A DNA stretch of 64,000 bases from positions 51,894,001-51,958,000 of the forward strand of contig OX597815.1 in the NCBI GenBank assembly GCA_951406725.2, in the 5' to 3' direction. This stretch comes from Octopus vulgaris (Eukaryota). The position numbers and the translations under genes are program-made. Every line of letters begins with the position of its first letter. The first letter of the stretch is position 1. Under the pieces are notes generated by a model, which searched no databases, was not told where the DNA came from, and saw only the letters and a program-made list of their open reading frames with translations. Positions 62,032 through 64,000 of the stretch are shown here, in pieces.

Positions 62032-62779
62032 TGTGTCTGTGTGTGTGTAGTTTATTTAAACCTTTATCAATTAAACCGACCATATTCAGTCCAAATATTC
62101 TACCTGTTTTAAGTTCAAAGTGGCCTGAGATCCAGCCTCTCACACCTACCTTGCAATGCCATATAAAAATGAGCAATCACATCACTGATATCTTGAAGCT
62201 ACAAGATAATGCATGGTCAATTCAAAAAGTGTGAATAAATAAGCATTACATTTGACAAAGTAATCTGAATGCTAAAGGGTTAAGCCAGTCTGAAATTAAC
62301 AAAATCAGCCTTGTCTTCCATCAACATTTCCATGTAGTCAATGCCATTGAGTCCTCTAAACAAGATTTAGTCTACATAGTCATCAATGTTATCATCATAA
62401 CATAAGTGTTCAGTAAAGAAGAAACTGAATTCTCAGATGGCCAGTGCTGCCTGACTGGCACCCTTGCTGATGGCACTTAATAAGTTCCATTCAAGCATGG
62501 GTTGATGCCAGTGCTGTCTGGTTGGCTCCCTGTGCCAGTGGCATGTAAAAATCACCATGTGAACGTGGTCAATGCCAGTGGCCTCTGACTGGCTCCTATT
62601 CCGGGGGCACATAGAAAGCACTCACTACATTCTTGGAGTGGTTGGCATTAGGAATGGCATCCAGCTGTAGAAACCTTGCCAGATCAGATTGGAGCCTGGT
62701 GCAGCCTACTGATTTGCCAGTCCTCAATCAAACCATCCAACCCATACTAGCATGGAAAGCGGATGTTAAATGATGATGA

Positions 62780-62791
62780 TTATATATATTT

Positions 62792-62837
<46 letters not shown>

Positions 62838-62853
62838 CATGTATGTATATATG

Positions 62854-62898
<45 letters not shown>

Positions 62899-62932
62899 TT
62901 ATATATATACATATATATATATGTATATATGC

Positions 62933-62982
<50 letters not shown>

Positions 62983-63150
62983 TTTATATGCATATATATA
63001 TATATATATATTCATACATACATACATATGTATATATATATATGTATATATATAAATACATATATATATTTATATATATATATATATATATTTATATGTA
63101 TATACATACATTCATAAACACACACATATATGTGTGTGTGTGTGTGTGTA
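62780..63150. repeat. Compound (TA)n microsatellite
   Basis: direct inspection. Confidence 0.97.
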
Positions 63151-64000
63151 TAGTGCTACTTTATCTTGGCATAATTATCCAATGTATGTGAAATAGTTAT
63201 TTTGTTGACATGCTTTTCCCAAACCCATCAGTAATGAAAGCACAGTGAAAAAGTTTGAATGAAGAACCAAATTACAGATTTGCCACACCAAGAACTAACT
63301 GTCAGTCTGGAGGACTCCCTGATGTTTTCTTCATTATTGGAATGTTAGTAATCCCTATTTCAATTGAATACAAGTTTGAGATTTAATAAATTCCCTGAAA
63401 CCAAATGCATGTTATATACTCAGTCTTAGATTGCTGAGACAAAATTAATTAGATATGTCAGTAAGTATTTTTTTTTATTGTAAACTCTTTGGAATGTCAT
63501 GCAAATAGTTGAAAACTTAAAATTTTTTTAATTATTTGTGTTTTTATCATACTTTTTTGAAATTTGGTTTCTGTTTTCATTAGGGATTTTTATCTGGATT
63601 ATTTTTTAAAAATTTTTCAAAAGAAATATTGTGGTATTGAGGAAAAAAAAAAAAAAAGTAAAAATATACCTTATTTGTTTTGCAATAATTCACTGAAAAT
63701 TTCTATGTATTAACGTTAATAGATAGCCTCAAATAAGTTTCAATCAGTGGCCACTTGCACCAAATATTTTTATTATACTGTTGATACATATATATTTTTT
63801 TTTACTTGTTTCAGCCGTTAGACTGTGGCCATGCTGGGGTACCACCCTGGAGAATTTATCAATTGAATGAATTGACCCCAGTACTTACTTTTTAAAAAAA
63901 GTTCTGGTACTTATTCTATTGGTCTCTTTTGCTGAACCACTTAGTTAAGGGGATGTAAACACACCAACACTGTTTGTCAAGCAGTGGTGGGGGGACAAAC

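Overview
AT-rich, microsatellite- and transposon-dense eukaryotic DNA. The tRNA-SINE families, RTE/CR1/Dong LINEs, Penelope termini in (TA)n and MITEs look like octopus (coleoid cephalopod) DNA; this is pattern recognition, not a database result. I found no intact, recognisable host protein-coding gene. Long ORFs are transposon relics or microsatellite artefacts. Mobile content: two Tc1-like copies, one rearranged mariner, three hAT relics, a FLYWCH-MULE, Helitron Rep/helicase split by an RTE LINE, CR1, RTE-X and R4/Dong fragments, SINE arrays and MITEs with readable TSDs. Most notable: (1) several unrelated hammerhead-ribozyme-like modules, including a 340-bp tandem repeat with one per unit; (2) three CpG-retaining islands containing a TATA/Inr/CRE promoter, a divergent transmembrane micro-ORF, a low-copy duplicated exon-like segment and an IRF/NF-kB motif cluster; (3) complex fold-back and inversion structures. 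Coordinates of decayed elements are approximate.
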